Assembly (NCBI RefSeq): GCF_009914755.1
Contig: NC_060930.1
Source: the human T2T-CHM13v2.0 reference genome, Homo sapiens
Length of the DNA stretch: 64,000 nt
Reading direction: 5' to 3' (one strand)
Positions 26,476-50,640 of the stretch are shown piece by piece (the stretch's first letter is position 1; each line of letters opens with the position of its first letter). A program made the position numbers and the translations under genes. The notes beneath the pieces are model-generated. The model saw only the letters and a list, made by a program, of their open reading frames with translations. It did not search any database and had not been told where the DNA came from.

Positions 26476-26784
26476 TTATTTTATTTTATATATTTTTTCG
26501 AGACACAGTTTTACTCTGTTGCCCAGGCTGTAGTGCAGTGGCACCATCTTGGCTCACTGCAACCTCTGCTTCCTGGGTTCAAGCAATTCTCCTGCCTCAG
26601 CCTCTCAAGTGGCTGGGTGGTACAGGTGTGCACCACCACGCCCAGCTAATATTTTTTGCACTATTAGTAGAGATGGGGTTTCACCATGTTGGCCAGGCTG
26701 GTCTCAAACTCCTGACCTCAAGCAATCTGCCTGCTTTGACCTCCCAAAGTGCTAGATTACAGGCGTGAACCACTGTGCCTGGCC
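26476..26784 (-). mobile_element. AluS (Sz/Sx-like)
   Basis: Alu antisense; 12-bp TSD atacaaaattct at 26464-26475 and 26786-26797. Confidence 0.95.
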
Positions 26785-27539
26785 CATACAAAATTCTGAA
26801 CAAGGTTGAAGGCCTATACAAATGTTTTTTATACAAATCTTACTATGCATGTTAGCTATAAAGTATAATCAGTGAATATTAATGTCTTTTCACTTTGAGT
26901 CAGGGTTAAATATTTTACTATTCATGTACTAAATCACCAGTATTCAAATATCTGCATTGCCTTATTCTTGAGTTTATTACTTAACACTAATCTCTGCTTT
27001 TGTAACCTTTAAAGACAGGTTAATTGATATTGAAGTTAGGAATTTATCATAAATACATTACTAATGTTTCAAGGTTACACTTCCACTTAGACCAATTGGT
27101 AACCATAAATTAAATGGTAAATATTTTTATAATTGAAATTTTATTTTTATTAAAATGTAAATTAATATGACATTAACCTTTTAAAAAATACCTAAATTAA
27201 GTGTGTTAATGCAGTATAATGGCAACACCTTTGCTAAAACCATTACCTGCGAAAATTCAAAGAAACCATTATGCTTACTGAGCTTATAGCTCTAGAGGAA
27301 AATGGTTAGTAATCATCTACATTGGTTTTCATTGACTGTACTTAGCAAATAATTATAAGAAAAAAATGAATACAAAAAAAATTGGCCAAATAGAAAATAG
27401 AAAGGAAAAAACTAGTGTTCAGAAACTTGGATTCTTGAAGATTTAGGAAAGACAACATCTAGACATAAATAGTAATAGATGTGATTCTAATAGACTCTCA
27501 GTGACAAAGTCCCAATATGCCTTCTCCCTTGAAAATAAT

Positions 27540-28560
27540 GACTCTGTGACAATGAATGGATAAAAGATGTGTCATTTTCACGCAAGCTTATTAGCCACCA
27601 AGTTGCAGCAACAAGTTGGAAGAAGAAAAAATACAGAGCAAAGATTGCAGAACCATGTCTAGGAAAATAATATTTCAATGGCAAGTACTGATACAGGGCC
27701 TGCTGGAAGCAAATGGATCAGAAGCTTACTAATTCTGGGAGAGATTTGTATTGGTTTCGAGAAAATTAAAGCCTGATTTCAAAATGCCTGATACTGTTAG
27801 TTGAACATTAAAACGACCCTAGGTCACGGAGAAGGCTACAAAACAACACCTTCCCCATCAACAGATGAAAGAAAATTTCCATAGAATATTGCTAGAGAAA
27901 AATGGATGAAGAAAACCACACAGAGAGCAGAATCATGGCCTCTTCAAGGAACTGTTTAATCCTCAGAACAGAAGGATTTTATGTTGTTTATCCAGAGGAG
28001 TTTCAGAATTGCTATTGGCCAGTGACTGTCATGGGACTCTTACTCTTCCCCTTTGCTAAAAGGAATAATTGTTTTCTCAGCTTTGCCATTTTAGTTCGTA
28101 GGCTGTTTGAACCCAAGAGCCACACTCAGACCAGACAGGGGGTTGTACGTAAAACAGAGGACCTTATCTTCGAGCTGGATGTATTAACTGGACCATTGAC
28201 CCAGGGAGGATTGTCTTCATTTGGAAAACTAAGAGGGACAAATGTTTGTTGATAAAAGTGGACTGAGGCAGCAATAATGTTAGGTATTTAGCAATTGAAT
28301 CTCATTTTCTTCCTGTGTACACAACACAACCACGTTTTCCAATCCTTCATAGTTAGATTTGGGCCATGTGGCTGAGCGCTGGCCAATGCAACCTGAATGA
28401 AAGTTGCACAATCTCTTCACCTTACCCATAAAAGTTCCCCACATGAAATTATCTACTTCCCATCTTTGCTGATCTCAATGAACTGTAACGTAGCAAGCAA
28501 AAACTTTTAGTGTATCAAGTCACTGAGGTTTGGGAGTTATTATATTACACAGTTTTTGTA
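27540..28560 (+). mobile_element. Ancient MaLR (MLT1H/I/J-like) internal fragment plus LTR (~28260-28560)
   Basis: 'ggccatgtggctgagcgctggccaatg' and 'aagtcactgaggtttgggagttatt' resemble old MLT1 LTR motifs; boundaries uncertain. Confidence 0.5.
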
Positions 28561-30899
28561 CTAAGTAAGATAATCTTAAAAAGTTACCTAGCCCAAAATC
28601 CTAGCTCTTCATAAATCATTAAAACAGTTATTTATTTAATACCAAGTCTTTTAAAAATTCTAAGATTAAAGTATCAAGAATGCCATTTAAAATTCATGCA
28701 AATAAAGAGGATGGGATTACTTACTGGGTATGGACATGAATCCCGTAAGAAACAGAATAGTTTTTCTAATAGTTTAAGGAATAGTGTAGAAAAAATGCCA
28801 AACATTTTTATTTTCCCAGAAATTAATACTGAAAGTAATAGGTAAAAGTCACAAGGGACCATGCTTTGATTTCACTAGGAAGAGAATTAAGATTATAGGC
28901 ACAGGCTTTCTCCAATGTGGCACCCAACTGCAATGCAAATAGTACACACATCACTCAAGCATTTTCCAATCTTATTTTGGAATTCTACAGTTTCAAATGA
29001 TTTATGCAATTTTTTAGAAAAAAATGGATAAATGTTGCATATATTTTATACATTTTTTCTAAAGAAAAAATATGTTAAAGGAGGAAATACTAAATTCTTA
29101 GAAGTTAGTATGAGGGAGTATGTCCCAATTAGCATTCAGAAAAAAAACCACAGACATGTAAAATAGTATTTCAAATATGTTTCAAAAGATAGAAACTGAA
29201 AAAAAAAACCTTCACATTTAATTATAAGTGATAAAAGCATAAATTGTGTTATGTTGTAAGTGATATAATTTTTAAAAGGATCTCCATTACTCATTCTTAA
29301 AAATGTCAAAATACAAAATCTATCCTCAAAACTAAAACTCAAATGTAGTGATATTTTACTATTAATGTTAATGAAATTAGAGTCTCTTACGGTGTTGTTC
29401 TAACTAATAAAGGAAGTTGCATAGTCTACTATACTCTGCAAGTTTAGTTTTAATTGCAACGGAAAGTTTACATTCAAATTTTACTATTTAAAATTTCTTT
29501 TGTCCTTGCATCTCCTTAGAACGACTGAAGTACTTTGTAATTCAGTCTAATAAAGATGCACAAATTTAGAAATGTCCTTTGAAATGATAAAAATCTTTAA
29601 AACCATGATTTTCTGACCATTACCTGGCAACATTTTCTAAATATCCAATGTTTCACATCATAAGCACCATTAATACTTATATATTGAAACACATACTTCT
29701 ACATTTATAAACTAATCCTGATGATGTACTGTTTCAGATAATTAATTGATTATTGACAAATTAATTTACATACTTCTGAGTTACTTTTAAAATTGCCCAG
29801 AATCACTGCACTCCCTAATTATCTTCACTTAAATTTATGATAATGTATTGTCCTCTGAATTAAATTTACCCACACACGAAGGAAAGAACTGATAGTTTCT
29901 ATCTATTATGTATGCACATGAAAATACGCTTTCGCTCCTAGAATAGAATAGGTCACCAAAAGAAGGCAGCCAGCACATGGACACACTGAATACATGGGGA
30001 TGTGAATTAAAGCTTTCTCAATACAGATCTTAGAAATATTATATTGAAATAGTTCTTATTGTAACAGATATGTCAAGATATTACATAATTTTTTAAATGT
30101 TGAGTATGTATCTCTAAGTGTTGACATATAAAAAAACTGAACCTGATGCTTGCCATGTTTTCAGTTTTTGAAAATTGAAAAGATAGTGAAAAGGATTTAA
30201 CATATTCTGAAGAGAAAAATTAAGACAGAACACAGTGATAATTACATAAATTATACAGCAACTGAGCTCAAATGTCTAATAATTTTGCTAAGAAACAAGG
30301 AATAACTAACAAAAGATGAAGTAAACGAATGTAAATTGTAAAAGGGATAATTTGTCCTGTAGAATTTTGCAGAGCATTTATGAAAACGGTTTGCAGTGTT
30401 AGCCAACATTATTACATTGTACTGAGTATTGATTATTCTAGAGCAAAAATACTAGCTGAGAATTATGGATGTAATAGTCTGAGATGAAAATAAAGCTATA
30501 CATTACTAAGTAATCTGACTTCTATCATTATTTATACTCTTCTTTTCCAGGTAATGCATTCTCTTCTAAATCTTGAACCTCCTCCATCACAAAGTTGAAA
30601 ATAATCTTTGCAACTGTTTGTAAAAAAAAACTCCAATTCTTATTCTTACCTATACAAAACTGACTTCAGAGGAACTAGGAAAAAATATGGCATTTATACT
30701 TTTCTCTTTTTTTCATTTTCACCAGTGCTATGCTATCGGGAGCAAAACAAATTATTAAAATAAGCACCCAGAGACAACATAGGCAACGTTAATATGTCTC
30801 TATTGTGTGTGGTTTACCAAGAAGTGATTTCATTTAGACAAGTTCAAACTAATTAAAGCACACGTTATTACTCTAAATTTATGCAGTGAATTAATTAAG

Positions 30900-33540
30900 T
30901 TTTTGAACTGATATGATTTTATACTTGTGAATCCCAAAACATTAACCATAAACTATGAGGCTATAAGAAAACTTAGTAAGTGGTTGATTAAATGACTAAG
31001 GAATAAAAGCTTATATATTTTCTATAAACAAAACCAGGAAAATAATAAGAGAATATAATAAGGGTAAATGTTCTATTTATAACAGCAGAAAATAGGTTAA
31101 ATGATCAAAATAAGTGTATAAAGAAAGATGATAGAAGGTAGTTTATTTGAGTATGTAATTAAAGTGTTATTTAAAGTAGTGGAGGAAAAGTGCATCACTC
31201 AATAAATATAATAATTGGCTAGAATTGTTCAAGGTTAGAAAAATTGCTATCTACTTTTTTTGAAACACAGAAATAACATATAGATCAAAGATTATTGTTG
31301 AATAAAAGGAAATCATAGAATACTAGACAAAACTAATTGGTAAATTTTTCTTTAATAATAGGCAAATACTCATTTTAACTAACCTACAAAACACAAAAGT
31401 TATAAAATAAAAATGAATTTGATCATTGACTAAAGAGGCATTTCTCCAATAGGAAAAATACCACAAACAAAACAAAAAGAGAAATATCAGATGTGAAAAA
31501 TATATTTACAAAATATATTACAAAGGATTAATCTCTGTATTTTGAAAAGAAAGCTTATACTCAGTAAGAAAGAAACACACAACTCAATATAAAAATAAAG
31601 AATATAAAAAGCAGTTTTCTGCCTTTAATTTGTTTTTTTTTTTTAGTTTTTTTCAATAGGTAAATATATTCACATGGATCAAAATAAAAATAATAGATGA
31701 TAAACATTGAAATGTCATTCCTATCCTTGTGCCATGTCCACACCAAACCCCCATCCCCTGAGGGAAACAATTTCTATTATTTTTTAAATGTATCTATTTA
31801 GCATTTATTCATACAGACATAAAAAAATGAAAATACATAGTTTTATTTACCCTTACCTTACACAGAACATAGCATATATTATCTACTCTTCTAACCACAC
31901 GTTTTTTGATGTAAAAACATAATGTGGAGTTTTTCCTTTTTGTACATAGAGGGCATTCTCATTCTTTAAAAGCTGTACATGTTCCGCTATATGGATATAT
32001 TATAGTTTATTTTAACAACTCCCATATAGATGGACCTTTGGCTTGTGTTCAACATTTTGCTCTTATAAACAAGAAAGCTATGAAAAATGACATATATAGG
32101 TCATTTTCTATGTTTTTTGGTATGTCTGTAAGATATATTTTCCAAAATGGAATTCCTGAGTCAAAGAGTAAATGTAATTGCAATTTTGAAAGATATTGTC
32201 AAATTTCCCTTCATTAGAGGTTGAAGTATTTTACACTCCTGCCAGCAATGTGTAAGAGTGCTTCCTTTCTCAAAGCCCTGCAAATAGTGTTAACATTTAG
32301 CTTTTTGACAGTCTGGATAGATAACACACATATATCTTTGTGTAATTCCACTTAATATGAATGAGACTGAATGTCTTTTCATATGTTCCAGTGTCATTTT
32401 GTTTTCTTATGTCTTTGTGTACATATGAATATATTTTTTGTTTGTTTTGTTTGTTTTTGCTTCTGATTCTTTCCTGAACGTGCAGATAATTTTAGTTTTG
32501 ATAAAGTTAAAGACTCAATTTTTTTTTCATGGTATCTGGACATTTTTAAAGTAGCTCCTGAGGCATAGATCAAAAGAATGTTCCAGTTCCAAAGCCATAA
32601 AAAATTCCCGATTTTCTTCAACTATTTGCAGGTTTCATTTTTTCAAACATTTCAAGTGTTGACAATCTTGTGGTTTATCCTGTGGTTTGATAGAAGATAT
32701 GAAGCCAATGTTATCCTCTTTTAAATGGCTAGCAATTTGTCTAACAAACACTGTTGATGAATACATTCACAGTTATCACCACTGATTTGAGGTACAAAGG
32801 ACTTTTAAATAGTAAATTGATATGCAATCTTGATCATACAAATATATATTAAAACAACAACATCATATACTTTTGTATAAAAAATTGTGGTACTGGATGA
32901 TATTACTGATTATGAGAGATAACAGGAACTTGCATACATAGTTGATGAAAGGCAAAATGGTACAACCTTGTTGGAGAGTATTTTGGCAGTATCTATCAAA
33001 CAATTCATATGCATATATACTTTGATGCAGCAATGCTATTTGCAGAATAAATACGTCATGTTTATATGCAAAAACAACATACATTACCATTAACAAGAAA
33101 TTCATTAAATCAGTTAATTAATTCAATGTTTTACTGCTAGTTGTTGGAACATGAATGAAGTGAGCATATATGCACCAACATATAATAAGTTCTAAGAAAT
33201 ATTAATACATCTTCAGAATAGAATGTCTATATATTAAATGCTAAAATTTATGTAAGTGAAGAGTATGTTTACAAATATATAAACTCTTAAATATATAAAA
33301 TGTGTAGTATTACAAACATAAATATAATTAACCATGTATCTATCTACTGCACATATACACCCCTGTACATATTTATACATCTAATACTCTACAAATTACC
33401 ACATATATATATATATATTATACATATTGCCGTAAATATGTAGATTATGAAAATTGACAAACTGGGTCTGGTACTTACCTCTGTGAAGAAGAGTTCAGAA
33501 TTAGAATTTGCGTAAGACAGAAGAAAACCTTTTACTCTGA
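30900..33540. mobile_element. Highly decayed L1ME-type fragments in both orientations (plus ~30900-31620 and ~32800-33540; minus ~31630-32790)
   Basis: Degenerate L1 3' motifs, e.g. 'aaaatggtacaaccttgttggagagtattttggcagtatctatcaaa' (+) and 'ggaattcctgagtcaaagagta...tttacactcctgccagcaatg' (-). Confidence 0.6.
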
Positions 33541-34462
33541 TTCATACATTTTTTACTTGAAAAATTTTAAATTCACAGAAAAATTGCAAAGATAGTACAG
33601 ATAAGTCCTGTATACCCCACAATCAATTTTCTCTACTATTTGCATCTTGCATTAGTATGGTACCACTATTGATACATTATGGTTAACTAAAGTCTATATT
33701 CAGATTTCATCAGTTTTCTCTAATGTTCTGTCTTTTAAAAATTTTGGTGGATACATAGTAGGTGTGTATATTTATGGGCTCCTCTTGGCTGTGACACTTT
33801 TTTTTTTAGTTTTCTTATTATTACACTTTAAGTTTTAGGGTGCATGTGCACAACGTGCAGGTTTGTTACATATGTATACATGTGCCATGTTGGTGTGCTG
33901 CACCCATTAACTTGTCATTTAGCATTAGGTATATCTCCTAATGCTATCTCTCCCCCCTCCCCCCACACCACAACAGTCCCCTGTGTGTGATATTCCCCTT
34001 CCTGTGTCCATGTGTTCTAATTGTTCAATTCCCACCTATGAGTGAGAACATGCGGTGTTTGGTTTTTTGTCCTTGCGATAGTTTGCTGAGAATTATGGTT
34101 TCCAGTTTCATCCATGTCCCTACAAAGGATATGAACGTATCATTTTTTATGGCTGCATAGTATTCCATGATGTATATGTGCCACATTTTCTTAATCCAGT
34201 CTATCGTTGTTGGACATTTAGGTTGGTTCCAAATCTTTGCTATTGTGAATAGTGCCGCAATAAACATACGTGTGCATGTGTCTTTATAGCAGCATGATTT
34301 ATAATCCTTTGGGTATATACCCAGTAATGGGATGGCTGGGTCAAATGGTATTTCTAGTTCTAGATCCCTAAGGAATCGCCACACTAACTTCCACAATGGT
34401 TGAACTAGTTTACAGTCCCACCAACAGTGTAAAAGTGTTCCTATTTCTCCACATCCTCTCTA

Positions 34463-35041
<579 letters not shown>

Positions 35042-35044
35042 TCA

Positions 35045-37208
<2,164 letters not shown>

Positions 37209-37461
37209 TCAACCCGGAATCTCATATCTGGCCAAACTAAGCTTCATAAGTGAAGGAGAAATAAAATACTTTACAGCTAAGCAAATACTGAGAGATTTTG
37301 TCAACACCAGGCCTGCCCTAAAAGAGCTCCTCAAGGAAGCACTAAACATGGAAAGGAACAACCGGTACTAGTCAGTGCAAAAACATGCCAAATTGTAAAG
37401 ATCATCAAGTCTAGGAAGAAACTGCATCAACTAACGAGCAAAATAACCAGCTAACATCATA

Positions 37462-38268
37462 ATGACAGGATCAAATTCACACATAACAATATTAACTTTA
37501 AATGTAAATGGACTAAATTCTCCAATTAAAAGACACAAACTGGCAAATTGGATAAAGAGTGAAGACCCATCAGTGTGCTGTATTCAGGAAACCCATCTCA
37601 CGTGCAGAGACACACATAGGCTCAAAATAAAGGGATGGAGGAAGATCTACCAAGCAAATGGAAAACAAAAAAAGGCAGTGGTTGCAATCCTAGTCTGTGA
37701 TAAAACAGAGTTTAAACCAACAAAGATCAAAAGAGACAAAGAAGGCCATTACATAATGGTAAAGGGATCAATTCAACAAGAAGAGCTAACTATCCTAAAT
37801 ATATATGCACCCAATACAGGAGCACCCAGATTCATAAAGCAAGTCCTTAGTGACCTACAAAGAGACTTAGACTCCCACACAATAATAATGGGAGACTTTA
37901 ACACCCCACTGTCAACATTAGACAGATCAACAAGACAGAAAGTTAACAAGGATACCCAGGAATTGAACTCAGCTCTGCACCAAGCAGACCTAATAGACAT
38001 CTACAGAACTCTCCACCCCAGATCAACAGAATATACATTCTTTTCAGCACCACACCACACCTACTCCAAAATTGACCACATAGTTGGAAGTAAAGCACTC
38101 CTCAGCAAATGTAAAAGAACAGAAATTATAACAAACTGTCTCTCAGACCACAGTGCAATCAAACTAGAACTCAGGATTAAGAAACTCACTCAAAACCGCT
38201 CAACTACATGGAGACTGAACAACCTGCTCCTGAATGACTACTGGGTAAATAATGAAATGAAGGCATAA
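37462..38268 (+). pseudogene. L1 ORF2p APE-like endonuclease domain, 268 aa, in the inverted segment
   Basis: [46 protein letters not shown] motifs all intact; ends in a premature TAA. Confidence 0.95.
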
Positions 38269-38954
38269 ATAAAGATGTTCTTTGAAACCAACAAGAACAA
38301 AGACACAACATACCAGAATCTCTGGGACACATTCACAGCAGGCTGTGACACTTTTTCAGACTCTCCTTGACTTCCAGAGTTTTCAGGAGTACTGGTCGAG
38401 TATATTATAGGATGCCACTGTATTTCAGCTTGTCTGATCATTTTCTCATGAGTAGGCTGGGACATTGGGTATTAGGGAGGAAGACCACACATGTATATTT
38501 CCAATGCCATCACATCATTTCAAGGATATACGCTATCAATGTGACTGCCACCATTGACATTAACCCTTATCACTTTGCTGAGGTAGCGTTTGTCATGTTT
38601 CACTACTGTACCTTTACTCTCCCTCCCACTACCTCACCCTCTTTTCACACTGATTTGTTTGGAAGTAAGTTACTATATTTGACATATACTTAAGGAATGG
38701 GAAATTATGCACCACTTTCTTTAGGGTAAAGTATATGCATAAATTATTTGGAATTCTTATGCATGAGAGATTTGTTACTTATTTATTCAGTTATTTGTTC
38801 AGTCATCTATTTATGTCAGTATAGACTTATTGATATTTAATTACACTTTGGGTTAAAATTTAATACTATCTTATTTCTTTGCTGCTCAAATTGTTTCAGC
38901 TTTGGGCATTGGAAATTCTATTAGTTGGCTTCCGTGGTCTTTTAAAATGCCCAA

Positions 38955-39313
38955 TATCTTAGTTCAGGCTCCTGTAACAATGTACTATAGACTGGGTGGC
39001 TTGTAAACAAATGTAATTCATTTCTCACAGTTCTAGAGTCTGGAAGTCTAAGATTAGGGTGCTCACATAATCAGCTTCAAAAGAGGAACTTGTTTCAGGT
39101 TGCAGACTTCTGCCTTCTCACTGTATCCTTACATGGCAGAAAGAGGGTGACAGCTCTCTGAGATACATTTTATAAGGGTCCTAATCCTCATTCATGAGGG
39201 TTTCATTGTCATGACCAAACTACTTCCCAAAGGCCCCACCTAATATCATCACAATGGGGATTAAGATTTCAAAATATAAATTTTATGGGGACACAAGCAT
39301 TCAGTCCATTTCA
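38955..39313 (-). mobile_element. MaLR solo LTR (MLT1A0-like)
   Basis: Clearly homologous to 13259-13626 ('gactgggtggcttg', 'ccttacatggcaga', 'aaaggccccacc', 'cattcagtccat'). Confidence 0.85.
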
Positions 39314-42300
39314 CTCCAAAATGGTTTGTTTGTTTAGCACTTCCTTACTTTCTGTCTCTACAAAATGCTGCAAGCTTATCTTGTGTATTTTCTACCCCAG
39401 TCCTAGAATTAGTTATTTTTCCAAAGATCACTAAATCCTTTTGCTGGAGAATACAGTTAGAAACCAATATGTGAATAAGTGCTCCTTACTACTGGGATAG
39501 TTTTGCTTCTAGGGTCTCTCATATCTATAAATGTTTCTATATCTACACATCTGTACCCATATTAAGCTAAGTGTGAAATCTTATGGATCTCTTCAAATTT
39601 TATCCATTACAATATGAATCATTCTAGTTTCTTCCCCCTGCTTAACTCTAACTTCCTAGGACAACAATAAGAAATATTATTCCTACAACCTACCATCAGT
39701 TTCAATATACATGTATATCAGTATCAATATTGCTAACCCATATCCACATGGCAAACAATTTTATCAACTAGAGGTCAGATTTTATGTACAATTCTTTTTG
39801 CTTTTAGAGTTATAGACACCACTCACTTCCAAAGTTAATAGGTGAGCATCTTCCCCTTCTCTCGCAATTTGAATATTGTGTTGGAAGCTCTGGATCTTTT
39901 GCCTTCCATACAAACTCGTGTGTTAGTTTGTCAATATCCACAAAATAACTTGCTGAGATTTGTAATGGGAAAAATAGTCTTAATTCTATATAGTTTTGCA
40001 ATGTTTTATGTTGTCACCATGAGTGTGTATTCCTTTAAGTCAACCAATTAACAATAACATCAAAAATTCTAGTTCAAGAAGATCATGCTTTAGTGCCATT
40101 TTCAAAGCAAAAGTTTATTATTAACTTTCAAAGACACTTTAGGTATAAAAAGGAAATAAAAACTCAATGAAATAATAATGACATAGTCAAATTTAATTGA
40201 AATTCTAAAATCATATTTAGTCATGTGAGTATTGTGTTCTTATCATAGATGTAGCAATAGAGAAGAATAAAATCCATTATTCCTTACTTATATAAATTGA
40301 CAATCTAGAGAAGGAATTACAACGGAGGCTGCACAACAACCCAAACTTCATGAGCACAGGAATCGCACTTATATTTTTCATCCCTAGATACACAAGGCCT
40401 ATTTATTTTCCGCACATATGTTTCCTAAATAGAAGATAGTATGCAAAATTCCACCTGTTCTCTTAAAGATATTTTCTTTATAACAATCCACAGCTCTGAA
40501 AAAAAGTATATTCTGTTTTCTATTATCTTAAGAAGACAGAACTGTAAAATTTTTTATTTTTAAATTTTATTTATTTATTTATTTATTTTAAATTCGACTT
40601 TTATTTTTGATACAGGAGGTATATATGCAGGTTTGTTACATGGGTATATTGCACACAGGCAGTTTTTCAACCCATGCCCCTATCCTTCCCTCCCCACAAG
40701 TAGTGCACAGTGTCAATTGTTCTCATATTTATGTCAATATTTGCTCAGTGTTTAGCTCACACTTATAAGTGAGAACACACGGTATTTAGTTTTCTGTTCC
40801 TGCATTAATTTGCTTAGGATTATGGCCTCCGGCTTCATCTATGTTGCTTCAAAGGTTATAATTTCATTCTGTTTATGGCTATATAGTATGCTATTATATA
40901 TATGAACCACATTTCCTTTATCTAATCCACCACTAACGGGCACCTAGGTTGATTCCCTTTCTTTGCTATTGTGACTAGCACAGCTATGAACATATGTGTG
41001 CATGTGTCTTTTTGATAGAAAGATTTATTTTCCTTTGGGTATATACCCAGTAATGGGATAGCTGGTTCTGGTGGGAGTTCTAAGTCTCTTGAGAAATACC
41101 CAAACTGCTTTCCACAGTGCCTGAACTAATTTACATTTCCACCAACTGTGTATAAACATTCCCTTTTCTCTGCAGCCTCACCAGCAAATTTTGTTGACTT
41201 TTTAATAATAGCCGTTCCGACTGGTGTGAGATGGTATCTCCTTGTGATTTTGATTTGCATTTCTCTGATGATTAGTGATGTGGAGCACTTTTTCATGTTT
41301 GTTAGTTGCATGTATGTCAGCTTTTGAGAAGTGCTGTTCATGTCTTTTGTTAATTTTAATGGGCTTGTTTCTTGCTTTTTAATTTACATTCCTTATAAAT
41401 TCTGAATAAATCTGTCAGATGTATAGTTTATGAATATTTTCTTCCATTCTGTAGGTTGTCTATTTACTCTGTTGATAGTTTTTTTCTAAAGAGCTGTGCA
41501 GAAGCTCTTTAGTTTAACTTGCCAAAAAGTCTTAGCCAAGGCCAGTGTCGAGAAAAGTATTTCCTAGGTTTTGTTTTAGGATTCTTTAGTTTGAGGTATT
41601 GCATTGAAATCTGGAATCCACCTTGAGTTAATTTTTGTATACAGTAAAAGGCAAAGGTATAGTTTTATTCTTCCACATGTGGCTAGCCAACTATCCCAGC
41701 ATGATTTATTGAATAGGGACTCCTTTCTCAATTGCTTGCTTTTGTAGACTTTGTTAAAGGTCAGAAGGCTGTAGGTATGTGGATTTCTGTCTTCTATATT
41801 CTGTTCCATTGTTCTATGTGGTTTTGTATCAGTACCATACTGTTTTGGTCACTGTAGCTTTATAGTATAGTTTGAAGTAGAATACTATGATGCATCCTGT
41901 TTTGTTCTTTTTGCTTAGGATTGCTTTGGCTATTTGGGCTGTTTTTTGATTCCATAGGAGTTTTACAATAGTGTTTTCTACTTCCGTGAAAAATAACTTG
42001 GGAGCTTGATAGGAATGTGTTAAATCTGTAGATTACTCTGGATAGTTTGTCCATTTTTGTGATATTGATTCTTCCAATTCATGATTGCTGAATGTTATTT
42101 CATTTTATTGTGTGTCAATTATGATTTCTTTCAGCACTATTTTGTGGTTCTCCTTATATGACATTTTCACCTCCTTGGTAGATGCAGATGTATTGCTAGT
42201 TATTTTCATTGTTGTTGCAGCTATTGTAAATTGGATTACACTCTTGATTTAGCTCACAGCTTGAATATTATTGGTGTATAGAAATGCTACTGTTTTTCAT

Positions 42301-42432
42301 AAATTAATTTTGTATCCTGAAATTTTACTGAAGTTGTTTATTGGTTCCAGGTGCCTTTTGGTGGAGTCTGTAGAGTTTTCAAGGTATAGAAACATATCAT
42401 CAATGAAGAGACATAGTTTGAATTCTTCTTTT

Positions 42433-48600
<6,168 letters not shown>

Positions 48601-50640
48601 TGAATTCTTCTTTTCCTATTTGGATGCCTTTTATTTTTTTCTCTTGCTTAGATTCTCTGGCAAGGACTTCCAACACTGTATTGAATAGGAGAGGTGAAAG
48701 TAGGCATTCTTGTCTTCTTCCAATTCTCAAGAAAAGATAGTTCTAGCTTTTACTCATTTAGTATGATATTGGCTCTGGGTTTGTCGTAGATGGCTTTTAC
48801 TAATTCGAGATATGTTCCTTTGATGCCTATTCTGTTTTAGGGTGTTATTATGAAAGGATGTTGGATTTTATCAAAAGTTTTTCCTGCATCTATTGAGATG
48901 GTCATAAGATTTTTACTTTTAATTCTGTTTATGTAGTGAATCCCATTTATTGATTTGCACATGTTTAAACAACCTTGCATCTCAGGAATAAAGCCTACTT
49001 CATCATGGTGTATTAACTTTTTGATGTGTTACTGAATTTGGTTTGTTATATTTTGTTGAGTAATTTTACATCCATGCTCATCAGGGATATTGGCCTAAAG
49101 TTTTCATTTTTTCATTATGCCTCTGCCAGATTTTGGTATTAGGCAGATGCTGGATTCATAGAATGTGTTAATCAGTAGTTCCTCCTCTTTTATAATTTGG
49201 GATAGTTTCTGTAGAATTAGTACCAGTTTATCTTTGTACATCTGGCAGAATTCAGTTGTGAATCTATCTGGTCTTTGGCTTTTTTTTTTTTTTTTGGTTG
49301 GTAGGTTTTGTTTTACTTATTCAATTTCAGAGCTGGATATCGGTCTATTCAGGATTTCAATGTCTTCTGAATAAATCTTGGGAGAATGTGAGTTTTCAGG
49401 AATTTATTCATTTCCTCTAGATTTTCTAATTTCTATGCCTAGAGTGGTTCATATTATTCTCTGAGGATCTTTTGTATTTCTGTGCAATCAGTTGTAATTT
49501 CATCTTTATCATTTCTGATTGTACTTATTTGAATTATCTCTCTTTTTTCCTTTGTTAATCTAGCTAGCAGTCTACTGATCTTGTTTATTTTTCCCAAGAA
49601 CCAACTTTTAGTTTCACTGATCTTTTGTATGGATTTTTGCATCTCAATTTCACTCAGTTGTTATCTGGCATTAGTTATTTCTTTTCTTCTGCTAGCTTTG
49701 GGGTTGGTTTATTATTTTTTCTCAGTTCCATCAGGTACAAATTTAAGATTGTTAATTTGAGACCTTTCTAATTTCTTGATGAAGGTATGTAGCACTATAA
49801 ACTTTCCTCCTAACACAGCTTTGTCTGCATCCAAGATATTTGTTAAATTGTGTCCCAATTTTTACTAATTTCAAATAATTTTTTGATTCTGCCTTTAATT
49901 TCACTGTTCACTCACGTGTTATTCATGAGCAAGTTCTTTAATTTCCATGTATTTGTGTAGTTTTGAGAGGTCTTCTTTATACTGATTTTTATTTTTATTG
50001 CACTGTGGTATGAATATATCCTTGGTATGATTTTAATTTTTTTGAATTTATTGAGACTTGATTTATGATGGAGAATTTGGTCAATCTTAGATATGTTCCA
50101 TGTGCAGAAGATAATAATTTATATTTTGTGGTTATTGGGTGGAGTGTTCTTTAGATGCCTATTAGTTCCAATTTGTCAAATGTCAAGTTTAAGTCGAGAA
50201 TTTCTTTGTTAGTTTTCTGCCTTGATGATCTATCTGACACTGTCAGTAAGTTGTTGAAGTCTCCCACTATTATTGTGTGGTTGTCTCATTCTTTTTGTAG
50301 GCCAAGAAGAGCTTGTTATATAAATGGGTGCTCCAATGTTGGATGTATATGTATTTACAATAGTTAATTCTTCTTTTAAATCGTACCTGTTGTCATTATG
50401 TAATACACTTCTATATGCATCTTAATTTTTATCAGTTCAAAATCTGTTTTATGTGATGTAAGAATAGCAACTCCAGCTCTTTTTTTTTTGTTTTCTCTTT
50501 GTGTGGTAGATCTTTCTCCATCCCTTTTCTTTGAGCCTATGGGTGTCATTATATGTGAGATAGGTCTCTTGAAGATAGCAGATCGTTGTTTTTGTCTCTT
50601 TATCCTGCTTGGCATTCTGCATATTTAAAATGGGGAATTT

